A stretch of DNA of 64,000 nt from the human T2T-CHM13v2.0 reference genome, Homo sapiens. Below the pieces are notes generated by a model that was given only the letters and a program-made list of their open reading frames with translations, searched no databases and had not been told where the DNA came from. Every line of letters begins with the position of its first letter. Position 1 is the first letter of the stretch. The position numbers and the translations under genes were made by a program. This document shows, one piece after another, positions 50,201 to 64,000 of the stretch. The stretch lies in assembly GCF_009914755.1 (NCBI RefSeq), contig NC_060948.1; one strand, given 5' to 3'.

Positions 50201-53200
50201 TGGAATGGGAACGAATGGAATGGAATGGAAAGGAATGGAATCGAATGGATAGGAATCAAATGGAAGGGAATGAAATTGAATCAACAGGAATGGAAGGGAA
50301 TAGAATAGACTGTAATGGAATAGACTCGAATAGAATGGAAACGAATGCTCAAATTGGATGGACTCGAATGGAATGGAAACGAAAGGAATGTCATCGAATG
50401 GAATTGAATCGATTGGAATGAAATGGCATAGAATGGATTGGAATGAAATGGAATTGAATCGAAAGGAAAGGAAGCGAATGGACTGAAATGAAATGGAATG
50501 GAATTAAATGGAAAGTAATGCAATGGAATAGAATGGAACGAAATTTCACGGAATGGAATCAAACAGAATGGAATCAAATCAATGGAATATAATCAAATGG
50601 AATGGAATGGAATGGAAAGGAATTGAATGGAATAGATTGGATAGGAAGGGATTGGAATGCAATGGAATGGAAAGGACTCGAATTTCATGAAACGGAATGG
50701 AATGAATTGGAATGGAATGGACTCGAATGGAATGGAATGTCATGGAATGGCATCAAATGGAATGGAATCAAATGGAATGGCATCGAATGCAATGGAATGT
50801 TATGGAATGGAATGGAATGTATTGGAATGGAATGTCCTCTAATGGAATGGATTCGAGTGGAATGGAATCAAATATAATGGAGTCGAATGAAATGGAATTG
50901 AAAGGAATGGGATCGAATAGAATGGAATATACTGGAATGTAATGTAATGAAGTCGAATGTAATTGACTGGAATGGAATGTACATGAATGGAATGTAATCG
51001 AATAGAAAGTAATCCAATGAAATAGAATCTAATGCAATAAAACCGACTCAAATGGAATAGAATGTAATGGAATGGAGTGCAGTGCAATGGAATGGAATGG
51101 AATGGAATGCAATGGAGTGGAATGGAATGGAATGGGATGGAATGGTATGGAATGGATAGTAAAGGACTGGAGTGAAATGGACTGTAAAGGAATGGACTCC
51201 AATTGAAAGGGCTCGAAAGGAATGGAGTCAAATGGAATGGTCTGGAATGGAATGAACTCGAATGTAATGCAATCCAATAGAATGGAATCGAATGGAATGG
51301 AATATAAAGAAATGGAATCGACGAGAATGGAAACAGATGGAATGGAATTGAAAGGAATGGAATTGAATGGAATGGGCACGAATGGAATGAAATTGTATGG
51401 AATAGAAGAGAATAGAATGGAATGCAATGGATAAGAAAGGAATGGATTGGAATGGAAGGGAATGTAGTGTAATGGACTGGCATGGAATAAACTGGAATGC
51501 TACGGTCTCAAATGGAATAAAAATGTATGGAATGGAATGCCATGAAACGGAATCGAATGTCATAGAATGTAATGGAATGCAAAAAAATGGACTCCAAAAT
51601 CATTGACTGGAAAGGCTGGGTGTCGAAAGGAATTGACTCCAATGGAATGGAATCGAACGGATTGGAAGTGAATAGAATCGAACTAAATCGAATGGAATGG
51701 AATTGATAGGAACGGAATGGAAAGGAATGCAATGATTTGGCATGGAATGGAATCGAATGGACTCGAATGGAATGGAATGGAATGCAATGCAATGGAATGT
51801 ATTAGAATGTAGTGAACTTTAATGGAATGAACTCGAATGGATTCGACTGGAATGGAATGTTCTGGAAGTGAATGGACTCCAATGGAATGGATTCAAAAGG
51901 AATGGAATCGAAGGGAATGGAATCTAATGGAATGGAATGAAATGGAAAGGAATCCAATCGAATAGCACGGAATTGAATTGAATGGAATCGAATGCAATGG
52001 AATCTAATGAAACGGAAAGGAAAGGAACGGAATGGCATGGAATGGGCTGGAATGGAATGGAATCGAAACGAATGGAATGGAATCGAACTGAAGAGACTGG
52101 AATGGAATGCACTGGCATGGAAGGGAGTTTAATGGAAGGTTCTCGAAAAGACTGGAATCGAATGCAATGGAATTGAATGGAACGGATATAGAGTCAAATG
52201 GAATTGAATGGAATGGAATGGAGTAGAGTGAAATGGAATCGAGTCACAAGGAATGGACAGGAATAGAACGGTCTCGAATTGAATGGAATCGTATGGAATG
52301 GAATTCAACGGAATGGAATGGACAGCCACGGAATGGAATGCACTCGAATGCAATGGACTCGAAACTAATGGACTGGAATCGAATGGACTCGACTGGTACG
52401 GACTCCAATGGAATGGAATCGAATGGAATGGAATCGAACGGAATGGACTCGAAGTGAAAAGAGTGCAATGGAAAGGTCTCGAATGGAATGGAAATTAATG
52501 CAATGGAATGGAATCGAATGAAATGGAGTCAAAAGGAATGGAATCGAATGGCAAGAAATCGAATGTAATGGAATCACAAGGAATGGATGTGAACGGAACG
52601 GAATGGAATGGAATCAAAAGGAATGGAATCGAATGGAATGGACTCGAATGGAAATGACTCGAATAGAATGGAATTCAACAAAATAGAATCAAATGAAATG
52701 GAATGGAATGGAAAGGAATCGAAACGAAAGGAATGGAGACAGATGGAATGGAATGGAACAGAGAGCAATGGTATAGAATGGAATGGAATCATATGGAATG
52801 GAATTGAATGGAATGGAATAATATGAAATGGAATGGAAAGGAATGGAATGCACTTGAATTAAATGGACTGGAATGGAATGGACTCGAACGGAGTGGAATG
52901 GAAAGGATTGAAATAGAATGGAATGGACTCCTTTGGAATGGTCTAGTATGCAATGCAAACGACTGGCAGGGAATCAAAAGGAATGTAATCGAATGGATTG
53001 GACTGGAATCAATGGACTCGAATACATTGGAAACGGAATGCAATGGAATGGAATGGAATAGTATGGAATGGAACGGAAAGGAATGAAGTAGAATGGACTA
53101 GAGTGGAATGGAATGGACTCGAAAGCAATGGACTGGAATGGAACGATCTTGAATGGACCGGAATCAAACGGAAAGGAATGCAATGCAAGGCAATGAAATG

Positions 53201-56200
53201 GAATGGAATAAAAGAGAATGAAAGAGAATCAAATGCAATTGAATCGAATGGAATCGAATGGATTGGAAAGGAATAGAATGGAATGGAATGGAATTGACTC
53301 AAATGGAATGGACTAGAATGGAATGGAGTCGAATGGAAGGCAAAGGAATGGAATCTATTGGAATGGACTGTAATGGAATGGCATGGAAGGGATTGGAATG
53401 GACTCGAATGGAAAGGACTGCAATGGAAAGGATTCGAATGGAATGAAAAAGAATTGAATGGAATAGAACAGAATGGAATCAAATCGAATGAAATGGTATG
53501 GAATAGAAAGGAATGGAATGAAACGGAATGGAAAGGATTCAAATGGAATGCAATCGAATGGAATGCAATCGAATGGAATGGAATCGAACGGAATGGAATA
53601 AAATGGAAGGAAACTGGCAAGAAATGGAAGCGAAATGAATGGAGTGTTATGGAACGGACTCCAAAGGAATTGAATGTAATAGAATGGAGTGGAGTGGACT
53701 CGAATATAATGGACTGGATTGGAATGGAATCACATGGAATGGGAACGAATGGAATGGAATGGAAAGGAATGGAATCGAATGGATAGGAATCAAATGGAAG
53801 GGAATGAAATTGAATCAACCGGAATGGAAGGGAATAGAATAGACTGTAATGGAATGGACTCGAATAGAATGGACACGAATGCTCAAATTGGATGGACTCG
53901 AATGGAATGGAAACGAAAGGAATGTCATCGAATGGAATTGAATCGATTGGAATGAAATGGCATAGAATGGATTGGAATGAAATGGAATTGAATCGAAAGG
54001 AAAGGAAGCGAATGGACTGAAATGAAATGGAATGGAATTGAATGGAAAGTAATGCAATGGAATAGAATGGAACGAAATTTCACGGAATGGAATCAAACAG
54101 AATGGAATCAAATCAATGGAATATAATCAAATGGAATGGAATGGAATGGAAAGGAATTGAATGGAATAGATTGGATAGGAAGGGATTGGAATGCAATGGA
54201 ATGGAAAGGACTCGAATTTCATGAAACGGAATGGAATGAATTGGAATGGAATGGACTCGAATGGAATGGAATGTCATGGAATGGCATCAAATGGAATGGA
54301 ATCAAATGGAATGGCATCGAATGCAATGGAATGTTATGGAATGGAATGGAATGTATTGGAATGGAATGTCCTCTAATGGAATGGATTCGAGTGGAATGGA
54401 ATCGAATATAATGGAGTCGAATGAAATGGAATTGAAAGGAATGGGATGGAATAGAATGGAATATACTGGAATGTAATGTAATGAAGTCGAATGTAATTGA
54501 CTGGAATGGAATGTACATGAATGGAATGTAATCGAATAGAAAGTAATCCAATGAAATAGAATCTAATGCAATAAAACCGACTCAAATGGAATAGAATGTA
54601 ATGGAATGGAGTGCAGTGCAATGGAATGGAATGGAATGGAATGCAATGGAGTGGAATGGAATGGAATGGGATGGAATGGTATGGAATGGATAGTAAAGGA
54701 CTGGAGTGAAATGGACTGTAAAGGAATGGACTCCAATTGAAAGGGCTCGAAAGGAATGGAGTCAAATGGAATGGTCTGGAATGGAATGAACTCGAATGTA
54801 ATGCAATCCAATAGAATGGAATCGAATGGAATGGAATATAAAGAAATGGAATCGACGAGAATGGAAACAGATGGAATGGAATTGAAAGGAATGGAATTGA
54901 ATGGAATGGGCACGAATGGAATGAAATTGTATGGAATAGAAGAGAATAGAATGGAATGCAATGGATAAGAAAGGAATGGATTGGAATGGAAGGGAATGTA
55001 GTGTAATGGACTGGCATGGAATAAACTGGAATGCTACGGTCTCAAATGGAATAAAAATGTATGGAATGGAATGCCATGAAACGGAATCGAATGTCATAGA
55101 ATGTAATGGAATGCAAAAAAATGGACTCCAAAATCATTGACTGGAAAGGCTGGGTGTCGAAAGGAATTGACTCCAATGGAATGGAATCGAATGGAACGGA
55201 AGTGAATAGAATCGAACTAAATCGAATGGAATGGAATTGATAGGAACGGAATGGAAAGGAATGGAATGATTTGGCATGGAATGGAATCGAATGGACTCGA
55301 ATGGAATGGAATGGAATGCAATGCAATGGAATGTATTAGAATGTAGTGAACTTTAATGGAATGAACTCGAATGGATTCGACTGGAATGGAATGTTCTGGA
55401 AGTGAATGAACTCCAATGGAATGGATTCAAAAGGAATGGAATCGAAGGGAATGGAATCTAATGGAATGGAATGAAATGGAAAGGAATCAAATCGAATAGC
55501 ACGGAATTGAACTGAATGGAATCGAATGCAATGGAATCTAATGAAACGGAAAGGAAAGGAATGGAATGGCATGGAATGGGCTGGAATGGAATGGAATCGA
55601 AACGAATGGAATGGAATCGAACTGAAGAGACTGGAATGGAATGCATTGGCATGGAAGGGAGTTTAATGGAAGGTTCTCGAAAAGACTGGAATCGAATGGA
55701 ATGGAATTGAATGGAACGGATATAGAGTCAAATGGAATTGAATGGAATGGAATGGAGTAGAGTGAAATGGAATCGAGTCACAAGGAATGGACAGGAATAG
55801 AACGGTCTCGAATTGAATGGAATCGTATGGAATGGCATCAAACGGAATGGAATGGACAGCCACGGAATGGAATGCACTCGAATGCAATGGACTCGAAACT
55901 AATGGACTGGAATCGAATGGACTCGACTGGTACGGACTCCAATGGAATGGAATCGAATGGAATGGAATCGAACGGAATGAACTCGAAGTGAAAAGAGTGC
56001 AATGGAAAGGTCTCGAATGGAATGGAAATTAATGGAATGGAATGGAATCGAATGAAATGGAGTCAAAAGGAATGGAATCGAATGGCAAGAAATCGAATGT
56101 AATGGAATCACAAGGAATGGATGTGAACGGAACGGAATGGAATGGAATCAAAAGGAATGGAATCGAATGGAATGGACTCGAATGGAAATGACACGAATAG

Positions 56201-59200
56201 AATGCAATTTAATAAAATAGAATCAAATGTAATGGAATGGAATGGAAAGGAATCGTAACGAAAGGAATGGAGACAGATGGAATGGAATGGAACAGAGAGC
56301 AATGGTATAGAATGGAATGGAATCATATGGAATGGAATTGAATGGAATGGAATAATATGAAATGGAATGGAAAGGAATGGAATGCACTTGAATTAAATGG
56401 ACTGGAATGGAATGGACTCGAACGGAGTGGAATGGAAAGGATTGAAATAGAATGGAATGGACTCCTTTGGAATGGTCTAGTATTCAATGCAAACGACTGG
56501 CAGGGAATCAAAAGGAATGTAATCGAATGGATTGGACTGGAATACAATGGACTCGAATACGTTGGAAACGGAATGCAATGGAATGGAATGGAATAGTATG
56601 CAATGGAACGGAAAGGAATGAAGTAGAATGGACTAGAGTGGAATGGAATGGACTCGAAAGCAATGGACTGGAATGGAACGATCTTGAATGGACCGGAATC
56701 AAACGGAACGGAATGCAATGCAAGGCAATCAAATGGAATGGAATAAAAGAGAATGAAAGAGAATCAAATGCAATTGAATCGAATGGAATCGAATGGATTG
56801 GAAAGGAATAGAATGGAATGGAATGGAATTGACTCCAATGGAATGGACTAGAACGGAATGGAGTCGAATGGAAGGCAAAGGAATGGAATCTATTGGAATG
56901 GACTGTAATGGAATGGCATGGAAGGGATTGGAATGGACTCGAATGGAAAGGACTGCAATAGAAAGGATTCGAATGGAATGAAAAAGAATTGAATGGAATA
57001 GAACAGAATGGAATCAAATCGAATGAAATGGAATGGAATAGAAAGGAATGGAATGAAATGGAATGGAAAGGATTCAAATGGAATGCAATCGAATGGAATG
57101 CAATAGAATGGAATGGAATCGAACGGAATGGAATAAAATGGAAGGAAACTGGCAAGAAATGGAATCGAAATGAATGGAGTGTTATGGAACGGACTCCAAA
57201 GGAATTGAATGTAATAGAATGGAGTGGAGTGGACTCGAATATAATGGACTGGAATGGAATGGAATCACATGGAATGGGAACGAATGGAATGGAATGGAAA
57301 GGAATGGAATCGAATGGAAAGGAATCAAATGGAAGGGAATGAAATTGAATCAACAGGAATGGAAGGGAATAGAATAGACTGTAATGGAATGGACTCGAAT
57401 AGAATGGACACGAATGCTCAAATTGGATGGACTCGAATGGAATGGAAACGAAAGGAATGTCATCGAATGGAATTGAATCGATTGGAATGAAATGGCATAG
57501 AATGGAGTGGAATGAAATGGAATTGAATCGAAAGGAAAGGAAGCGAATGGACTGAAATGAAATGGAATGGAATTGAATGGAAAGTAATGCAATGGAATAG
57601 AATGGAACGAAATTTCACGGAATGGAATCAAACAGAATGGAATCAAATCAATGGAATATAATCAAATGGAATGGAATGGAATGGAAAGGAATTGAATGGA
57701 ATAGATTGGATAGGAAGGGATTGGAATGCAATGGAATGGAAAGGACTCGAATTTCATGAAACGGAATGGAATGAATTGGAATGGAATGGACTCGAATGGA
57801 ATGGAATGTCATGGAATGGCATCAAATGGAATGGAATCAAATGGAATGGCATCGAATGCAATGGAATGTTATGGAATGGAATGGAATGTATTGGAATGGA
57901 ATGTCCTCTAATGGAATGGATTCGAGTGGAATGGAATCGAATATAATGGAGTCGAATGAAATGGAATTGAAAGGAATGGGATCGAATAGAATGGAATATA
58001 CTGGAATGTAATGTAATGAAGTCGAATGTAATTGACTGGAATAGAATGTACATGAATGGAATGTAATCGAATGGAAAGTAATCCAATGAAATAGAATCTA
58101 ATGCAATAAAACCGACTCAAATGGAATAGAATGTAATGGAATGGAGTGCAGTGCAATGGAATGGAATGGAATGGAATGGAATGGAGTGGAATGGAATGGA
58201 ATGGGATGGAATGGTATGGAATGGATAGTAAAGGACTGGAGTGAAATGGACTGTAAAGGAATGGACTCCAATTGAAAGGGCTCGAAAGGAATGGAGTCAA
58301 ATGGAATGGTCTGGAATGGAATGAACTCGAATGTAATGCAATCCAATAGAATGGAATCGAATGGAATGGAATATAAAGAAATGGAATCGACGAGAATGGA
58401 AACAGATGGAATGGAATTGAAAGGAATGGAATTGAATGGAATGGGCATGAATGGAATGAAATTGTATGGAATAGAAGAGAATAGAATGGAATGCAATGGA
58501 TAAGAAAGGAATGGATTGGAATGGAAGGGAATGTAGTGTAATGGACTGGCATGGAATAAACTGCAATGCTACGGACTCAAATGGAATAAAAATGTATGGA
58601 ATGGAATGCCATGAAACGGAATCGAATGTCATAGAATGTAATGGAATGCAAAAAAATGGACTCCAAAATCATTGACTGGAAAGGCTGGGTGTCGAAAGGA
58701 ATTGACTCCAATGGAATGGAATCGAATGGAACGGAAGTGAATAGAATCGAACTAAATCGAATGGAATGGAATTGATAGGAACGGAATGGAAAGGAATGGA
58801 ATGATTTGGCATGGAATGGAATCGAATGGACTCGAATGGAATGGAATGGAATGCAATGCAATGGAATGTATTAGAATGTAGTGAACTTTAATGGAATGAA
58901 CTCGAATGGATTCGACTGGAATGGAATGTTCTGGAAGTGAATGGACTCCAATGGAATGGATTCAAAAGGAATGGAATCGAAGGGAATGGAATCTAATGGA
59001 ATGGAATGAAATGGAAAGGAATCAAATCGAATAGCACGGAATTGAACTGAATGGAATCGAATGCAATGGAATCTAATGAAACGGAAAGGAAAGGAACGGA
59101 ATGGCATGGAATGGGCTGGAATGGAATGGAATCGAAACGAATGGAAAGGAATCGAACTGAAGAGACTGGAATGGAATGCACTGGCATGGAAGGGAGTTTA

Positions 59201-62200
59201 ATGGAAGGTTCTCGAAAAGACTGGAATCGAATGCAATGGAATTGAATGGAACGGATATAGAGTCAAATGGAATTGAATGGAATGGAATGGAGTAGAGTGA
59301 AATGGAATCGAGTCACAAGGAATGGACAGGAATAGAACGGTCTCGAATTGAATGGAATCGTATGGAATGGAATTCAACGGAATGGAATGGACAGCCACGG
59401 AATGGAATGCACTCGAATGCAATGGACTCGAAACTAATGGACTGGAATCGAATGGACTCGACTGGTACGGACTCCAATGGAATGGAATCGAATGGAATGG
59501 AATCGAACGGAATGGACTCGAAGTGAAAAGAGTGCAATGGAAAGGTCTCGAATGGAATGGAAATTAATGGAATGGAATGGAATCGAATGAAATGGAGTCA
59601 AAAGGAATGGAATCGAATGGCAAGAAATCGAATGTAATGGAATCACAAGGAATGGATGTGAACGGAACGGAATGGAATGGAATCAAAAGGAATGGAATCG
59701 AATGGAATGGACTCGAATGGAAATGACTCGAATAGAATGGAATTCAACAAAATAGAATCAAATGTAATGGAATGGAATGGAAAGGAATCAAAACGAAAGG
59801 AATGGAGACAGATGGAATGGAATGGAACAGAGAACAATTGTATATAATGGAATGGAATCATATGGAATGGAATTGAATGGAATGAAATAATATAAAATGG
59901 AATGGAAAGGAATGGAATGCACTTGAATTAAATGGACTGGAATGGAATGGACTCGAACGGAGTGGAATGGAAAGGATTGAAATAGAATGGAATGGACTCC
60001 TTTGGAATGGTCTAGTATGCAATGCAAACGACTGGCAGGGAATCAAAAGGAATGTAATCGAATGGATTGGCCTGGAATCAATGGACTCGAATACATTGGA
60101 AACGGAATGCAATGGAATGGAATGGAATAGTATGGAATGGAACGGAAAGGAATGAAGTAAAATGGACTAGAGTGGAATGGAATGGACTCGAAAGCAATGG
60201 ACTGGAATGGAACGATCTTGAATGGACCGGAATCAAACGGAAAGGAATGCAATGCAAGGCAATCAAATGGAATGGAATAAAAGAGAATGAAAGAGAATCA
60301 AATGCAATTGAATCGAATGGAATCGAATGGATTGGAAAGGAATAGAATGGAATGGAATGGAATTGACTCAAATGGAATGGACTAGAACGGAATGGAGTCG
60401 AATGGAAGGCAAAGGAATGGAATCTATTGGAATGGACTGTAATGGAATGGCATGGAAGGGATTGGAATGGACTCGAATGGAAAGGACTGCAATAGAAAGG
60501 ATTCGAATGGAATGAAAAAGAATTGAATGGAATAGAACAGAATGGAATCAAATCGAATGAAATGGAATGGAATAGAAAGGAATGGAATGAAACGGAATGG
60601 AAAGGATTCAAATGGAATGCAATCGAATGGAATGCAATCGAATGGAATGGAATCGAACGGAATGGAATAAAATGGAAGGAAACTGGCAAGAAATGGAATC
60701 GAAATGAATGGAGTGTTATGGAACGGACTCCAAAGGAATTGAATGTAATAGAATGGAGTGGAGTGGACGCGAACATAATGGACTGGAATGGAATGGAATC
60801 ACATGGAATGGGAACGAATGGAATGGAATGGAAAGGAATGGAATCGAATGGATAGGAATCAAATGGAAGGGAATGAAATTGAATCAACAGGAATGGAAGG
60901 GAATAGAATAGACTGTAATGGAATGGACTCGAATAGAATGGACACGAATGCTCAAATTGGATGGACTCGAATGGAATGGAAACGAAAGGAATGTCATCGA
61001 ATGGAATTGAATCGATTGGAATGAAATGGCATAGAATGGATTGGAATGAAATGGAATTGAATCGAAAGGAAAGGAAGCGAATGGACTGAAATGAAATGGA
61101 ATGGAATTAAATGGAAAGTAATGCAATGGAATAGAATGGAACGAAATTTCACGGAATGGAATCAAACAGAATGGAATCAAATCAATTGAATATAATCAAA
61201 TGGAATGGAATGGAATGGAAAGGAAATGAATGGAATAGATTGGATAGGAAGGGATTGGAATGCAATGGAATGGAAAGGACTCGAATTTCATGAAACGGAA
61301 TGGAATGAATTGGAATGGAATGGACTCGAATGGAATGGAATGTCATGGAATGGCATCAAATGGAATGGAATCAAATGGAATGGCATCGAATGCAATGGAA
61401 TGTTATGGAATGGAATGGAATGTATTGGAATGGAATGTCCTCTAATGGAATGGATTCGAGTGGAATGGAATCAAATATAATGGAGTCGAATGAAATGGAA
61501 TTGAAAGGAATGGGATCGAATAGAATGGAATATACTGGAATGTAATGTAATGAAGTCGAATGTAATTGACTGGAATGGAATGTACATGAATGGAATGTAA
61601 TCGAATAGAAAGTAATCCAATGAAATAGAATCTAATGCAATAAAACCGACTCAAATGGAATAGAATGTAATGGAATGGAGTGCAGTGCAATGGAATGGAA
61701 TGGAATGGAATGCAATGGAGTGGAATGGAATGGAATGGGATGGAATGGTATGGAATGGATAGTAAAGGACTGGAGTGAAATGGACTGTAAAGGAATGGAC
61801 TCCAATTGAAAGGGCTCGAAAGGAATGGAGTCAAATGGAATGGTCTGGAATGGAATGAACTCGAATGTAATGCAATCCAATAGAATGGAATCGAATGGAA
61901 TGGAATATAAAGAAATGGAATCGACGAGAATGGAAACAGATGGAATGGAATTGAAAGGAATGGAATTGAATGGAATGGGCACGAATGGAATGAAATTGTA
62001 TGGAATAGAAGAGAATAGAATGGAATGCAATGGATAAGAAAGGAATGGATTGGAATGGAAGGGAATGTAGTGTAATGGACTGGCATGGAATAAACTGGAA
62101 TGCTACGGTCTCAAATGGAATAAAAATGTATGGAATGGAATGCCATGAAACGGAATCGAATGTCATAGAATGTAATGGAATGCAAAAAAATGGACTCCAA

Positions 62201-64000
62201 AATCATTGACTGGAAAGGCTGGGTGTCGAAAGGAATTGACTCCAATGGAATGGAATCGAATGGAATGGAAGTGAATAGAATCGAACTAAATCGAATGGAA
62301 TGGAATTGATAGGAACGGAATGGAAAGGAATGGAATGATTTGGCATGGAATGGAATCGAATGGACTCGAATGGAATGGAATGGAATGCAATGGAATGGAA
62401 TGTATTAGAATGTAGTGAACTTTAATGGAATGAACTCGAATGGATTCGACTGGAATGGAATGTTCTGGAAGTGAATGAACTCCAATGGAATGGATTCAAA
62501 AGGAATGGAATCGAAGGGAATGGAATCTAATGGAATGGAATGAAATGGAAAGGAATCAAATCGAATAGCACGGAATTGAACTGAATGGAATCGAATGCAA
62601 TGGAATCTAATGAAACGGAAAGGAAAGGAATGGAATGGCATGGAATGGGCTGGAATGGAATGGAATCGAAACGAATGGAATGGAATCGAACTGAAGAGAC
62701 TGGAATGGAATGCATTGGCATGGAAGGGAGTTTAATGGAAGGTTCTCGAAAAGACTGGAATCGAATGGAATGGAATTGAATGGAACGGATATAGAGTCAA
62801 ATGGAATTGAATGGAATGGAATGGAGTAGAGTGAAATGGAATCGAGTCACAAGGAATGGACAGGAATAGAACGGTCTCGAATTGAATGGAATCGTATGGA
62901 ATGGAATTCAACGGAATGGAATGGACAGCCACGGAATGGAATGCACTCGAATGCAATGGACTCGAAACTAATGGACTGGAATCGAATGGACTCGACTGGT
63001 ACGGACTCCAATGGAATGGAATCGAATGGAATGGAATCGAACGGAATGAACTCGAAGTGAAAAGAGTGCAATGGAAAGGTCTCGAATGGAATGGAAATTA
63101 ATGGAATGGAATGGAATCGAATGAAATGGAGTCAAAAGGAATGGAATCGAATGGCAAGAAATCGAATGTAATGGAATCACAAGGAATGGATGTGAACGGA
63201 ACGGAATGGAATGGAATCAAAAGGAATGGAATCGAATGGAAAGGACTCGAATGGAAATGACTCGAATAGAATGGAATTCAACAAAATAGAGTCAAATGTA
63301 ATGGAATGGAATGGAAAGGAATCGAAACGAAAGGAATGGAGACAGATGGAATGGAATGGAACAGAGAGCAATGGTATAGAATGGAATGGAATCATATGGA
63401 ATGGAATTGAATGGAATGGAATAATATGAAATGGAATGGAAAGGAATGGAATGCACTTGAATTAAATGGACTGGAATGGAATGGACTCGAACGGAGTGGA
63501 ATGGAAAGGATTGAAATAGAATGGAATGGACTCCTTTGGAATGGTCTAGTATTCAATGCAAACGACTGGCAGGGAATCAAAAGGAATGTAATCGAATGGA
63601 TTGGACTGGAATACAATGGACTCGAATACGTTGGAAACGGAATGCAATGGAATGGAATGGAATAGTATGCAATGGAACGGAAAGGAATGAAGTAGAATGG
63701 ACTAGAGTGGAATGGAATGGACTCGAAAGCAATGGACTGGAATGGAACGATCTTGAATGGACCGGAATCAAACGGAACGGAATGCAATGCAAGGCAATCA
63801 AATGGAATGGAATAAAAGAGAATGAAAGAGAATCAAATGCAATTGAATCGAATGGAATCGAATGGATTGGAAAGGAATAGAATGGAATGGAATGGAATTG
63901 ACTCCAATGGAATGGACTAGAACGGAATGGAGTCGAATGGAAGGCAAAGGAATGGAATCTATTGGAATGGACTGTAATGGAATGGCATGGAAGGGATTGG
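35269..64000 (+). repeat. Homogeneous DYZ1 sub-array with A/B/C higher-order structure (10,603-bp trimer)
   Basis: Type A marker GGATTGGCCTGG at ~35325, 49461, 60064. Type B markers AAATGGTATGG and CAACCGG at ~39354/39679, 42888/43213, 53491/53816. Type C markers TAGTATTCAATG and GAATACGTTGG at ~45875, 56478, 63547. Confidence 0.85.

Larger units (their letters stand above)
25506..64000 (+). repeat. DYZ1: HSat3 / DYZ1 satellite block, ~11 units of ~3.53 kb, running off the window end
   Basis: GGAAT pentamer array. The landmark GGTCTAGTA occurs at 25522, 28177, 31749, 35269, 38803, 42337, 45871, 49406, 52940, 56474, 60009 and 63543 (periods 2655, 3572, 3520, then 3534/3535). Confidence 0.95.

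Overview
This window is pure satellite heterochromatin that matches human Yq12, and it holds no genes. Bases 1-795 are the end of a DYZ1 (HSat3, GGAAT-based) block. Bases 796-25505 are a DYZ2 (HSat1B) block of about 10.3 tandem ~2.41-kb units, each made of an AT-rich domain, a minus-strand Alu and an HSATI-like segment. Bases 25506-64000 are a second DYZ1 block with ~3534-bp units. All listed ORFs are repeat artefacts. The interesting content is structural. (i) The DYZ1 units fall into three sequence types in the order A-B-B-C-A-B-C-A-C, which reads as a 10,603-bp trimeric higher-order repeat with one B gained and one B lost. (ii) The right DYZ2/DYZ1 junction is flanked on both sides by old, diverged units and a single ~640-bp GGAGT-rich segment, while the left junction is abrupt. 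(iii) The two DYZ1 blocks are different subfamilies. (iv) There is a chimeric DYZ2 unit and a probable gene-conversion tract. I found no evidence of a new protein-coding or RNA system. All comparisons were made by eye; family names come from recalled knowledge, not a database search.
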